Shown: in pieces, positions 18,569 to 27,516 of the stretch
How positions within the stretch are numbered: position 1 is the stretch's first letter
Layout: each line of letters begins with the position of its first letter
Origin: an uncultured Gemmatimonadales bacterium
Lineage (GTDB): Bacteria > Gemmatimonadota > Gemmatimonadetes > Gemmatimonadales > GWC2-71-9
DNA: 64,000 nt
Assembly: GCA_963825055.1 (NCBI GenBank)
Contig: CAWGSK010000007.1
Location: 32,001-96,000, forward strand
Direction of reading: 5' to 3'
Made by a program: the position numbers and the translations under genes
Notes under the pieces: model-generated
Told to the model about the DNA's origin: nothing
Databases searched by the model: none
Seen by the model: the letters and a program-made list of their open reading frames with translations, nothing else

Positions 18569-19922
18569 CCGCGGCCTCCGCCGCGCGGGCCACGGCCCGG
18601 CCCTCGTCCACGTCTACCCGGAGCAGCAACACACCGCCCGCCACGAAGAAAACGATCACCGAGAGCAGGGCGCTCCGGCTCGATCCGGTCAGGTAGATCG
18701 CCAGAGCGAAGAGGGCCGGCCCGAAGATCCCCGCGAATTTCTCGACCACTGCGAAGAACCCGAAGAACTCACCGGACATGTGCCGCGGGACCATGCTCGC
18801 GAAGAGCGAGCGGCTGAGGGCCTGGGTACCGCCCTGCACCATGCCGACCAGGCCCGCAAGGATGAAGAACTGCCCGGCGGTATGCATGTAGTAGCCATAG
18901 ATGCTGATGCCGGCATACACCACCACACCGAGCAGGACGAGGCGCCTGGCTCCCACCCGTCCAGCAAGGGCCCCGAAGAGAAACGCGAACGGGATCCCGA
19001 TAACCTGGACCATCAGGATGGCCCCGATCAGCGCTGTTTGCCCGATGCCGATCTCGGTCCCGTAGATCGTGGCCATGCGGATGATCGTTCCGATCCCGTC
19101 GTTGTAGATCAGGAACGCGAGCAGCATGAGGAAGGCGTTGCGGTACCCGCGGAGCTCGCCCAGGGTGTCGCGGAGTCGCCTCCAGGCCGCCCGCGCCAGG
19201 GCACGGCCCGCGACCTGTCCGCGACCCTGGCGAACCGGCGGCTCGGGGACACGACGGAAGAGCGGGATCGCGAAGCCGACCCACCAGAGGGCGACCGCGA
19301 GGAATGCCAGTCGCTTCGGCAGGGTAGCCTGAGCGGGCGTGAGATCCGGTCCTGCCGGAAGGCCGAACCACTCCGGATGGAGCATCCAGGCCACCGTGAG
19401 CCCCATGAGCAGGGCACTGCCGAGATATCCGAGCGCGTATCCTGCCGAGGATACCCGGTCCATCTCCTCCGAATCCCGCGCGACGTGCGGCAGCAGGGCG
19501 TCATAGAACACGAAGCTCCCGTTGGCGCCGATATTGGCCGCGATGAAGAGCAGCGCCGCCAGGAGCCAGTCCCCCCGCTGGATGAAGAACATGAGGGCCG
19601 TGGACGTCACGCCGAGGGCGAGGAAGATCCCCAGCATCCGCTTCTTGATTCCCGCAAAGTCGGCAAGCGCGCCGAGGAACGGGGCGAGGAGCGCAATGAT
19701 CAGGAGTCCGATGGTCGTGGCGAGGCTGTAGCGGAAGGTGGCCACGGAGGGCGGCAGGTCTCCCGCCGCCACCTTGGAGAAGTAGATCGGGAAGATGGCC
19801 GTGATGATGATGAGCACGAACGCGGAGTTGGCCCAGTCATACATCGCCCAGGCGACCAGCTCGGGTCGGTGCAGGCCCAGGCGCTCGCGCAGGGCAGGTC
19901 GAGCGGCGGGATCAGGCATCAT
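18549..19922 (-). CDS. MFS transporter (ATG22/UMF1-like)
   Basis: WAMYDWANSAF, FYDALLP, YNDGIGT, GGTQALSRS, EFFGFF. Confidence 0.88.
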   Translation of the reverse strand: MMPDPAARPALRERLGLHRPELVAWAMYDWANSAFVLIIITAIFPIYFSKVAAGDLPPSVATFRYSLATTIGLLIIALLAPFLGALADFAGIKKRMLGIFLALGVTSTALMFFIQRGDWLLAALLFIAANIGANGSFVFYDALLPHVARDSEEMDRVSSAGYALGYLGSALLMGLTVAWMLHPEWFGLPAGPDLTPAQATLPKRLAFLAVALWWVGFAIPLFRRVPEPPVRQGRGQVAGRALARAAWRRLRDTLGELRGYRNAFLMLLAFLIYNDGIGTIIRMATIYGTEIGIGQTALIGAILMVQVIGIPFAFLFGALAGRVGARRLVLLGVVVYAGISIYGYYMHTAGQFFILAGLVGMVQGGTQALSRSLFASMVPRHMSGEFFGFFAVVEKFAGIFGPALFALAIYLTGSSRSALLSVIVFFVAGGVLLLRVDVDEGRAVARAAEAAATPPAP

Positions 19923-20845
19923 GCATGTCCCTCCCCGTGCCTGGTGCGCAGGAGCGACAGCGTCACCGCCGCGCCCAGGACCGAGATGATGACCACGAGC
20001 GAGAGCCAGATCGGCACGTGCACCACTTCCTCCATCAGCATCTTGGCCCCCACGAAGATCAGGATGGCGGACACGGCGGGCTTGAGGTAGGCGAACCGGT
20101 CCAGCATCCCGGCCAGGACGAAGAAGAGTGCCCGGAGGCCGAGGATGGCGAAGACATTCGAAGTGTACACGATGAATGGATCACGCGTGACGGCAAAGAT
20201 GGCCGGGATGCTGTCCACTGCAAAGACCACGTCGGTCGTCTCGATCACGACCAGGACGATGAGCAGCGGCGTTGCCCGCAGGCCCGCTCGCGTGGGGACC
20301 AGGAACCGTCGCCCCTGGTAGCTCTCCGTCACGGGCAGGACACGGCGGACCAGTTTCACCACCGGGTTCCGCTCGGGCTCCACATGGGCCTCGCCGCTCA
20401 GGAACATCCGGATGCCGGTGATCATTACGACGATCCCGAACACATACAGAACCCAGTCGAACCGGTTGACGAGGAGCGCGCCGCCGACGATCATCGCCCC
20501 GCGCATCACCAGCGCGCCGAGGATGCCCCACTGGAGGACGCGGGGCTGCTGCCGGGCAGGCACGGCGAAATACTGGAAGACCAGCAGGAAGACGAAAAGG
20601 TTGTCGACGCTGAGGGAAAGCTCGATCAGGTAGCCGGTGAAGTACTCGAGCCCCGAGGTGCTGCCCATGAAGGCAAAAACGCCGACGCCGAAGGCGACGG
20701 CCAGCCCCGCCCAGCCCGCAGTCCATGTCAGGGCCTCCCTGAGGCCGAGGACTCGGCTCTTGCGATGCAGGATACCCAGGTCCAGCGCCAGCAGGAGCAG
20801 GATCAGGATGCCGAATCCGCCCCACAGCAGCGCGGAGTGCCGCAC
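19919..20845 (-). CDS. TerC/Alx family metal homeostasis membrane protein
   Basis: GYLIELSLSVDNLFVF, WGILGA, ETTDVVFAVDSIPA, SNVFAILGLR. Confidence 0.93.
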   Translation of the reverse strand: MRHSALLWGGFGILILLLLALDLGILHRKSRVLGLREALTWTAGWAGLAVAFGVGVFAFMGSTSGLEYFTGYLIELSLSVDNLFVFLLVFQYFAVPARQQPRVLQWGILGALVMRGAMIVGGALLVNRFDWVLYVFGIVVMITGIRMFLSGEAHVEPERNPVVKLVRRVLPVTESYQGRRFLVPTRAGLRATPLLIVLVVIETTDVVFAVDSIPAIFAVTRDPFIVYTSNVFAILGLRALFFVLAGMLDRFAYLKPAVSAILIFVGAKMLMEEVVHVPIWLSLVVIISVLGAAVTLSLLRTRHGEGHA

Positions 20846-21679
20846 TCAGCGGCCGGCGGCCATGGCTTCGAGACGCGCAACGCGCTCGGCGGTGGGGGGG
20901 TGGGTGCTGAAGAGGTTGGTAATGCCGCCGCCCTGGGCGGCCAGCGGGTTGACCTGGGCGAGTGGCGCGGCCGCGGGCTGGACCCGCATGGGGATGCGAT
21001 GGGCCATCGCGTCCAGCCGGCGCAGGGCGTTTGCCAGGGGCATCGGACGCCCGAGGATCTCGGCCCCGACCCGGTCGGCCTCGAACTCGCGCTGCCGGCT
21101 CACGGCGAACTGGATGAGCATGGCCGCCATGGGGGCCAGCAGGAGCATGGCGAGCCCCGCCACCGGGTGGTCGTCGTCGCCCCCGCCCATGCCGAACATC
21201 AGCAGGTAGGGGAGGTACCCGATGGCGCCCGCGATCCCGGCTGCCAGCGTGGTGATGAGCATGTCGCGGTTCTTCACGTGCGCGAGCTCATGGGCCAGGA
21301 CACCCTCGAGTTCGTCCTCGGGCATGTACTTGAGGATCCCGGCCGTGACCGCGACGACGGCCTTCTCCGGGCTCCGTCCGGTGGCGAAGGCGTTCGGCTG
21401 CTCGTGCGGCGCAACAGCGATCGCCGGCATTGGAAGCCCCGCGCGCTGGCGCAGGTGGTCGACCATCGCGTAAAGCTCCGGCGCCTCCGACCGGTTCACG
21501 ACCTTCGCATGGTACATGCGCAGCACGATGCGGTCGGAAAAGAAGTACATGATGAAGTTGAGCGCCACGCCGAGGACCAGCGCGAGCCCCAGCCCGGCGC
21601 TGCCGCCCAGCAGCTGACCGGCGGCCAGGAAGAGGGCCATGAGGCCCGCCATCAGGACCCAGGTACGGACGTTGTTCAT
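20846..21679 (-). CDS. htpX: Zinc metalloprotease HtpX
   Basis: PNAFATGR, HELAHVKNRD, SRQREFEAD, FSTHPPTAERV. Confidence 0.95.
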   Translation of the reverse strand: MNNVRTWVLMAGLMALFLAAGQLLGGSAGLGLALVLGVALNFIMYFFSDRIVLRMYHAKVVNRSEAPELYAMVDHLRQRAGLPMPAIAVAPHEQPNAFATGRSPEKAVVAVTAGILKYMPEDELEGVLAHELAHVKNRDMLITTLAAGIAGAIGYLPYLLMFGMGGGDDDHPVAGLAMLLLAPMAAMLIQFAVSRQREFEADRVGAEILGRPMPLANALRRLDAMAHRIPMRVQPAAAPLAQVNPLAAQGGGITNLFSTHPPTAERVARLEAMAAGR

Positions 21680-21706
21680 GTACCACTCCAGCTATGCCGT
21701 GAAAGC

Positions 21707-21751
21707 GCACGAGGCCCGTGGCGCCTCTCGGGCGCCACCCGGGCCTCGTGC
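21707..21751 (-). terminator. GC-rich hairpin in the htpX leader (attenuator-like)
   Basis: GCACGAGGCCCG/CGGGCCTCGTGC plus TGGCGCC/GGCGCCA stem, followed on the minus strand by GCTTTC (weak U tract). Confidence 0.6.
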
Positions 21752-21760
21752 ATGCAACGT

Positions 21761-21816
21761 TCAGTTGTCCGGTCCGCCCCACCCCGCAGGGCTGATGGAC
21801 CCCCTGGCCCGCCTGA
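21761..21816 (-). promoter_or_regulatory. Candidate cis-regulatory RNA hairpin in the htpX-terC leader
   Basis: Nested pairings TCAG/CTGA, CC/GG, GGTCC/GGACC and GCCCTGC/GTGGGGC, lying between the promoter and the attenuator-like hairpin. Confidence 0.45.
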
Positions 21817-21820
21817 GCCA

Positions 21821-21850
21821 AGTGTATCCCGGGGCAGCCCGGGGCGTCAA
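21821..21850 (-). promoter_or_regulatory. Sigma70-type promoter for htpX-terC-MFS
   Basis: TTGACG-N18-TACACT on the minus strand. Confidence 0.65.
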
Positions 21851-21863
21851 CGAGGCGAGGCCC

Positions 21864-23117
21864 CTAGAAGGGGGGATCTCCCGCCCAGGCGGGCACATGC
21901 AGGAGCAGGGCCGTGGCGGTGGCACCGGCGGGAGTCTCGAACTGCCCCTCCGGTATCACGAGCAACGCATTGGCCGCGACCATCGAAGTGAGAATACCGG
22001 ACCCCTGGGGGCCGGTGAGCCGCACCTGGAGCCCGCCCGGGCGATCCTCCACCACGGCCCGGAGGAAGTGCTGCAGCCTGGGCCGGACGGTGACGGGTTC
22101 GGCCAGGGTCACCGTGGTCCCGCGCCGGAAAGGATGCGCGTGACCCGCCATCCGCCGGATAGCCGGGCGGACGAAGAGTTCGAACGTGACCATGGTGCTC
22201 ACCGGATTGCCCGGGAGCCCGATCCACGGCACCACGCCGAGGAATCCGAAACCGACCGGAGCTCCGGGCCGCATCCGCAGGCGCCAGAACCGGAGTTCCC
22301 CACCAAGCGCCTCCATCACGCCCCGGAGGTGGTCGTGCTCCCCCACGCTGATACCGGCGGTCGTGACGAGCAGGTCGCACTCCGCCGCGCCGGCCAGGTG
22401 CTCCCGGAGGCTCTCCGGCGTATCCCGGGCGATGCCGAGGTCGACGGGAACGCCGCCGGCATCAAGGATCAGGGCCCGCAACGTGTGCGTATTTGAGCTC
22501 GCCACCTTGCGGCCGGCGAGGATGGCGTCCGCCTCGTCCACGTCCACGATCTCATCGCCGCTGGCGAGGATGCCCACCCGGGGCCGGCGATGGACCATCG
22601 GTGCCGCCACAGCAAGGGAAGCCAGCACGCCAAGCTCAGCGGCCCGCAGTTCGCGCCCGGCCCGGAGCACCGTGCTCCCGCGGGTGATGTCCTCGCCGGC
22701 CGGGCGGATGTTGACGCCACAGTCCCGATCGGAGGTGATCGTGACCATGTCCACCCCCAGGTCCGTATCCTCCTGGCGGATCACGCTGTCGGCGCCCCCA
22801 GGCAGCGGGGCGCCGGTGAAGATCCGGGCGCTCTCGCCGGGGCCGATCCGCCGCTCCGGAAATCCCCCAGCCGGGATCTGCTCGATGACCCGGAGCCGAA
22901 CAGGTGATTCCGTGCTCGCCCCGCGCACGTCCTCCGACCGCGCCGCGTAGCCGTCCATGGCCGAATTGGTCCATGCCGGGACGTCGATCGGACTGACGAG
23001 GTCCTCGGCCAGGACAGCGCCGCGGGCGTCGTCGAGGGGAATGCGGAGGGTGGGTTGGGTGTGGACCGCGGCCAGGATGCCGAGCGCGGCATCACGAGCG
23101 CTGAGCGGGCCGCTCAC
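21864..23117 (-). CDS. moeA: Molybdopterin molybdotransferase
   Basis: NSAMDGYA, RIFTGAPLP, SGDEI, MRPGAP, GLPGNPVS, GPQGSG. GTG 23117 overlaps the mobB stop. Confidence 0.93.
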   Translation of the reverse strand: MSGPLSARDAALGILAAVHTQPTLRIPLDDARGAVLAEDLVSPIDVPAWTNSAMDGYAARSEDVRGASTESPVRLRVIEQIPAGGFPERRIGPGESARIFTGAPLPGGADSVIRQEDTDLGVDMVTITSDRDCGVNIRPAGEDITRGSTVLRAGRELRAAELGVLASLAVAAPMVHRRPRVGILASGDEIVDVDEADAILAGRKVASSNTHTLRALILDAGGVPVDLGIARDTPESLREHLAGAAECDLLVTTAGISVGEHDHLRGVMEALGGELRFWRLRMRPGAPVGFGFLGVVPWIGLPGNPVSTMVTFELFVRPAIRRMAGHAHPFRRGTTVTLAEPVTVRPRLQHFLRAVVEDRPGGLQVRLTGPQGSGILTSMVAANALLVIPEGQFETPAGATATALLLHVPAWAGDPPF

Positions 23118-23641
23118 GTCAGGACTTTGGAACGGTCCCAGGCGATGGAGGCCAGCGTCTGGAGCCAGATCGTGTCCTGGAAGCGGAGCACGTGGCAGGG
23201 CGCGCGGAACTCGCTGTCGTCGGTCAGCACCGCGATCCACTCGTCGGCGTTCGGGGCGGCGGGATCGAACAGGGGCTGGTCCGCGACGGCGCGCCGGAAG
23301 ACTTCGATCTTCGGAATCGGCGCCTTCTTGAACCCCTCCACCAGGATCAGGTCGGCATCCGAGAGATACTGGCGGGCCAGGGCGATGGGATCCGCCTCGT
23401 CCGAGGTCCGGTCAATGATTGCCCTGAGCTCGGGTGCGGCGAGCACGACGCGGGAGACGGCACCCTCGTGGAAGTGCCGATACGAATCCGTGCCCGGCTG
23501 GTCAAGCCGCGCGGGATGGCTGGCGTGCTTGATGGTCATGACCTGGCGCCCGCGGCGCGCGAATTCCTTCGCCAGTGCCACGAGGAGGGTGGTCTTCCCG
23601 GTGTCCTTGCGTCCGATTATCGAGAGGATGCGCGCTGCCAC
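23114..23641 (-). CDS. mobB: Molybdopterin-guanine dinucleotide biosynthesis protein B
   Basis: GRKDTGKTT, IKH, DQPGTDSYRH, LVEGFK, PKIEV. Confidence 0.9.
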   Translation of the reverse strand: MAARILSIIGRKDTGKTTLLVALAKEFARRGRQVMTIKHASHPARLDQPGTDSYRHFHEGAVSRVVLAAPELRAIIDRTSDEADPIALARQYLSDADLILVEGFKKAPIPKIEVFRRAVADQPLFDPAAPNADEWIAVLTDDSEFRAPCHVLRFQDTIWLQTLASIAWDRSKVLT

Positions 23642-24222
23642 TCGGCCTCCGCCCTGGTGCGGTCTTCCGGTGTGTTCACGTTCAGGAACATGAGTGCGGG
23701 ATCCCCGAACCGGCGGATCTCCTCGAGGGGGAGAATACCCACATCGACGGCCGAATGGAAACCGATGGCCCGCAGGTCGCCACTCGCGATGGAATCCTCC
23801 ATGGGTTTCCGGCAGGAGGGCCCATACGCGGCGCAGAGCGGCTCCATCCCGCGCCGACCCCCGCTGGCCGGCAGGAAGGCATCATGCCGCTCGAGTCCCG
23901 CGGCCAGCCGGCGGAGCAGCACGGCGGTCACGAACGGCATGTCCCACGCGGCGCAGACGACGGGCGCGGGGGCGGCCGCCACGGCCGTGTACAGCCCGCC
24001 CAGCGTGCCGGCGCCCGGGAGCAGGTCGGTGGTAATGCGGAGATCCGGGCGCCAGGCCCGGGCCTCCGGGTCATTGGCGACGAGGAGGGGGAGGGTGCCG
24101 AAGGCCTCGCGGAAGGCCTCGACCAGACGGTCGAGGATCCGGACGCCACCGACCGGCTCGAGCCCCTTGGGACGGCCCTCGTACCGGCTGGCCTGCCCTC
24201 CGGCGAGGATGGCGCCCCGCAC
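23617..24222 (-). CDS. mobA: Molybdenum cofactor guanylyltransferase
   Basis: ILAGGQASR..K, GTLGGL, DMPFV, EPLCAAY, NVNTPED. Start GTG 24222. Confidence 0.9.
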   Translation of the reverse strand: MRGAILAGGQASRYEGRPKGLEPVGGVRILDRLVEAFREAFGTLPLLVANDPEARAWRPDLRITTDLLPGAGTLGGLYTAVAAAPAPVVCAAWDMPFVTAVLLRRLAAGLERHDAFLPASGGRRGMEPLCAAYGPSCRKPMEDSIASGDLRAIGFHSAVDVGILPLEEIRRFGDPALMFLNVNTPEDRTRAEAEWQRASSR

Positions 24223-24247
24223 GGGGCCGGAGGATGGCCCGGCCAGG

Positions 24248-25060
24248 CTAGTAGCGCCGTCCCCGCCGGCGCTCGAGCACGATATCGAAGCCGATGGTGA
24301 TGCTGTAGTTGTGTTTGTACTCGACCTTGTTGGGCGGCTGCGCGCCATCGAGGGGAGTGATGCCGGTGACCGCCTGGATTCCGACGATGTTGTCCCGCGC
24401 CTCGGCGCGGATCTGATAGCCCCGCCCAATTGCGAAGGTCGCCCCGACGCCGATACCGAAAGCGGGGGTGAGCCGCTTGGGCTTCGGGTCGTTATAGACC
24501 ACCACCGTGGATTGCTGGGTCGCGGTGCTGTCACCCAGGAAGTTGCCCTCGACCTGGAGGCTCTTCGCCTGTGTCACGGCGAATCCGGCATGCAGCCGCA
24601 CGTAGGGTGAGACGAACTGCCGGCTCAGGACCCGGTAGATGACGCCGGCCGAGAGCGCGACTGCGGTGCCGGGATCGGTGTTCTGGTCGATACTGTTGCA
24701 GACCTGGGCGTTACGCGAGGAGCCGGATGCGAACTGGAGGTGGCAGTTATCCTCGAAGCCCAGTCCGACGAGCATCGCCTCGCCGGTGAAGCCCACGTGG
24801 TCACCGGGAAAATACGTGCCGTGGAATACCACGCCGATGGTCGAGTGGGTGTTGCGGGTGATGGCCAGCGAGTCCACGAATGGAGTGCCACCCGGCCCGT
24901 CATAGAGCGGCTGGTTCGCCACCGACCAGACATCGACCCCGCCGATGAAGCCGGCGGACAGCCCGAGGCTCAGTCTGGCCTGGTCGGCCGTCTTCTGTGC
25001 GGCGACGGGCGTGGCGATCACAAGAAGAAGCAGTATGAGCGCCAGGCGTCGGTGAACCAT
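24248..25060 (-). CDS. Hypothetical exported protein, probable outer-membrane beta-barrel
   Basis: Signal peptide and amphipathic strands (SPYVRLHAGF, GIGVGATF, IRAEARD). Confidence 0.65.
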   Translation of the reverse strand: MVHRRLALILLLLVIATPVAAQKTADQARLSLGLSAGFIGGVDVWSVANQPLYDGPGGTPFVDSLAITRNTHSTIGVVFHGTYFPGDHVGFTGEAMLVGLGFEDNCHLQFASGSSRNAQVCNSIDQNTDPGTAVALSAGVIYRVLSRQFVSPYVRLHAGFAVTQAKSLQVEGNFLGDSTATQQSTVVVYNDPKPKRLTPAFGIGVGATFAIGRGYQIRAEARDNIVGIQAVTGITPLDGAQPPNKVEYKHNYSITIGFDIVLERRRGRRY

Positions 25061-25213
25061 GTCTCCCCCTGGGGGTCTGAAGAACGGGCGGGCGTTGATT
25101 GCTGCAAGTTAGCTCTGTCTTCGGGGGACGTCCGTGGCCGCCACTCCTGCACCGCTCAGCCGCCTCCAGTCCTGTCCTGACGGCCGTCGCGCGGGATGGT
25201 GTCAGCCGGCCAC

Positions 25214-25630
25214 TCAGCCGACGAGGGCCTGGTGTTCCACCGCCAGGCACCGGTCCATCACCACCGGGATCCCGGCATCCTCGAGCTTCCGCGCGGAGGC
25301 CTCGTCCACCACGCCCATCTGCAGCCACACCAGGCGGGGGCGCACCTCGAGGATGCCGGGGACCAGTTCCGCCACCGCCTCGGAGCGCCGGAAAACATCC
25401 ACGATGTCCACCGGTCCGGCCTCGCGGGCGGCTGTCATCAGGTCGGGATACACCGGCTCCCCGAGAATCGTGCCGGTGGACGGCCGGACCGGCACGATGC
25501 GGTAGCCCGCGCGCTGGAGATAGGCCGAGACGGAGTGGCTCGGCCGCGAGGCATTCGGACTCAGCCCGATGACGGCGATCGTCCGTGCCTCGCCGAGGAG
25601 GCGCTTCAGTGCGTCAGCCGTCGGCGGCAT
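25214..25630 (-). CDS. CoA-binding protein (YccU-like)
   Basis: IAVIGLS..SRPS, VDIVDVFR, WLQMG, VMDRC. Confidence 0.9.
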   Translation of the reverse strand: MPPTADALKRLLGEARTIAVIGLSPNASRPSHSVSAYLQRAGYRIVPVRPSTGTILGEPVYPDLMTAAREAGPVDIVDVFRRSEAVAELVPGILEVRPRLVWLQMGVVDEASARKLEDAGIPVVMDRCLAVEHQALVG

Positions 25631-26397
25631 CAGTTCCCGGTGTGCCGCTGCGGGTGGCCGCTCACCGCCCGCCCCACCAGGGTCATGCCGCTGCGAAGGG
25701 CGATCTCCACCGCGAGGGTGCTGGGAACCGATGGCGTCGCCACCCAGTTGATCCCGGCGCGGGAGCCCTTGAACGCCAGCTCTGCGGAGATGCGGCCGGT
25801 CACCAGGAGGCCGAGTCCTGCCACCGGCTGCCGCGCAAGGAGCGCCGCCCCGATGACCTTGTCCACGGCGTTGTGGCGGCCGATGTCCTCCGCATGGAAC
25901 CGCAGCCCGTCATCCCCCACCAGGGCCGCGGCGTGAATGCCTCCCGTATCCCGGTACCGCTGGCCCATGCTGAACATCTCCTTGAAGAGCGCGCGCATAC
26001 GCTCCAGGTCCGGTACCGCCCCGCGAAGCGGCATCCGTACCGCGGTGGCCGGGTCTGCCAGGAACGTGGACACGGCGCCGCAGCCCGAAGCCAGCACGGG
26101 GCGCCGCTGCTCGGCTGCCACACTGGCGACGCGGTCCTCACTGACCGTAGCCCAGAAGCCGAGGTCGGTCGCGCAGGGCCGGAGGCGGACTTCGTCCATC
26201 GTGTCGATGAAGCCCTCGCCGTGGAGCCACCCGATGGCGAGTTCTTCGAGCAAGTCGGGGGTGCACATCCAGGTGACGGCCTGGCGTCCGTTGATTTCCA
26301 GCCAGACCGGGACTTCCTCGACGGCGGCCGCGTCGTCGCGCATGCGCCCGCCCCGCTTGGGTACCCTGACCGGCCCGTTATCCGGTGCAGTCGGCAT
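25630..26397 (-). CDS. fdhD: Formate dehydrogenase accessory sulfurtransferase
   Basis: MCTP, SGCG, TGGIHAA, EDIGRHNAVDK, TGRISAE. Confidence 0.9.
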   Translation of the reverse strand: MPTAPDNGPVRVPKRGGRMRDDAAAVEEVPVWLEINGRQAVTWMCTPDLLEELAIGWLHGEGFIDTMDEVRLRPCATDLGFWATVSEDRVASVAAEQRRPVLASGCGAVSTFLADPATAVRMPLRGAVPDLERMRALFKEMFSMGQRYRDTGGIHAAALVGDDGLRFHAEDIGRHNAVDKVIGAALLARQPVAGLGLLVTGRISAELAFKGSRAGINWVATPSVPSTLAVEIALRSGMTLVGRAVSGHPQRHTGN

Positions 26398-26785
26398 ACA
26401 GTGTCGGGTCCTCCGCGATCCGGACCCGCTCCAGGGATACGCCCACGGGCAGCCGGGCCGCCACACGCGCGAAGATCCACGCGGCTATCGCTTCGCAGGT
26501 GGCGGGAGGCTGGTGATCCTCGAACGTCACGCGCTCGTTCAGGATCTGGCCGGCGAGCGGATGGAGGACTTCCTCCTCCAGGATACGGTCCAGGAGAACG
26601 AGGTCCATCACCATGCCGGAATCGGGATCGAGCCGGCCGCCCACGGTGATGAGGCAGGTGTAGTCGTGCGGGTGGTAGTCGGCCAGCGGACCGAACGTTT
26701 CGCGGTTCCGTGCCTCCGGCCAGTCGGCCCGGTACATCCGGTGCCGGGCGGGAAAGCGGACGGTGCGGGTGAGCGAAACCGGCAT
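26378..26785 (-). CDS. 6-pyruvoyl-tetrahydropterin synthase/QueD family protein
   Basis: F.A.HR, HPHDY, GMVMDL, ATCEAIA, RIAED. Confidence 0.8.
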   Translation of the reverse strand: MPVSLTRTVRFPARHRMYRADWPEARNRETFGPLADYHPHDYTCLITVGGRLDPDSGMVMDLVLLDRILEEEVLHPLAGQILNERVTFEDHQPPATCEAIAAWIFARVAARLPVGVSLERVRIAEDPTLYADCTG

Positions 26786-26814
26786 GGCCCTGCCATGCGC
26801 CCGCGGGGCGCGGA

Positions 26815-27516
26815 TCAGAAGGAGTAGGAGATTCCGGCCATCAGCCAGGTCGCGGACGTCCATTGCTGGAGCTTGCGGTCCTGGAGTACCGCGTTGGATT
26901 CCGTCGTCCCGGGATCCAGCGCGGGCTCGTCGGTATAGGCCACGGGATAGGTCAGCTTCCAGAAAGTCTGACGCGCCTCGAGCCGCACGTGGAAGCGCTG
27001 GGAGAGGAATATCCGCGTGCCGATACCCGGCGACAGCTGGCCCTTGGTGCCGAGGTTGAATCCACTGGTGTCCGCCGGGGTTCGTTTCGCGATGACGAGT
27101 CCACCGGCCGCATTGACGAAGGGCGCGAGCCGGTGCCAGGTCTTGCCGCCCGTGAGGTTGAGCTGGAAGCCGACCTCGGCCAGTGTCACCTTCTGGTCGA
27201 CCGGACCGGTCACGCGGGTGGCCACCGGCGCGTCGGCATCCACGATCAGGCGGTCGAACGTGCCGCTGTGCACGGCGAAGCCGGCTTCGATGGTGCCGCT
27301 CAGGCGCAGCGCGATTCGCGCGCCGTAGGTGGTGCCGTGGTGGGGCCCGATGCCGAGCCTGCCGCCGTCGCCGCCGAACGAGCCGATCATCGGCGTGATG
27401 GCCTTGCCGTAGGTGATGTCGCGGAACGGCGAATGCGCCGGCGCGTGTCCGACCTGCGCGGCGAGGCCCGAGGCGGTGACGAGGACGAGGACGGGAAGAA
27501 TCGTGATGCGTTTCAT
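26815..27516 (-). CDS. Hypothetical outer-membrane beta-barrel protein
   Basis: Signal peptide, amphipathic strands, C-terminal GISYSF. The start overlaps the gpmI stop. Confidence 0.7.
   Translation of the reverse strand: MKRITILPVLVLVTASGLAAQVGHAPAHSPFRDITYGKAITPMIGSFGGDGGRLGIGPHHGTTYGARIALRLSGTIEAGFAVHSGTFDRLIVDADAPVATRVTGPVDQKVTLAEVGFQLNLTGGKTWHRLAPFVNAAGGLVIAKRTPADTSGFNLGTKGQLSPGIGTRIFLSQRFHVRLEARQTFWKLTYPVAYTDEPALDPGTTESNAVLQDRKLQQWTSATWLMAGISYSF

Noticed and set aside
21680..21820. yybP-ykoY Mn riboswitch upstream of htpX-terC
   Set aside because: The GGGGAGUA and GAGACC hallmarks are not seen. It is kept only as an unclassified candidate leader.
27490..27515. Third ECF-like motif TGAAAC-N16-CGTC
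   Set aside because: It overlaps a start codon (ATGAAAC), with different spacing and a different -10; likely coincidental.
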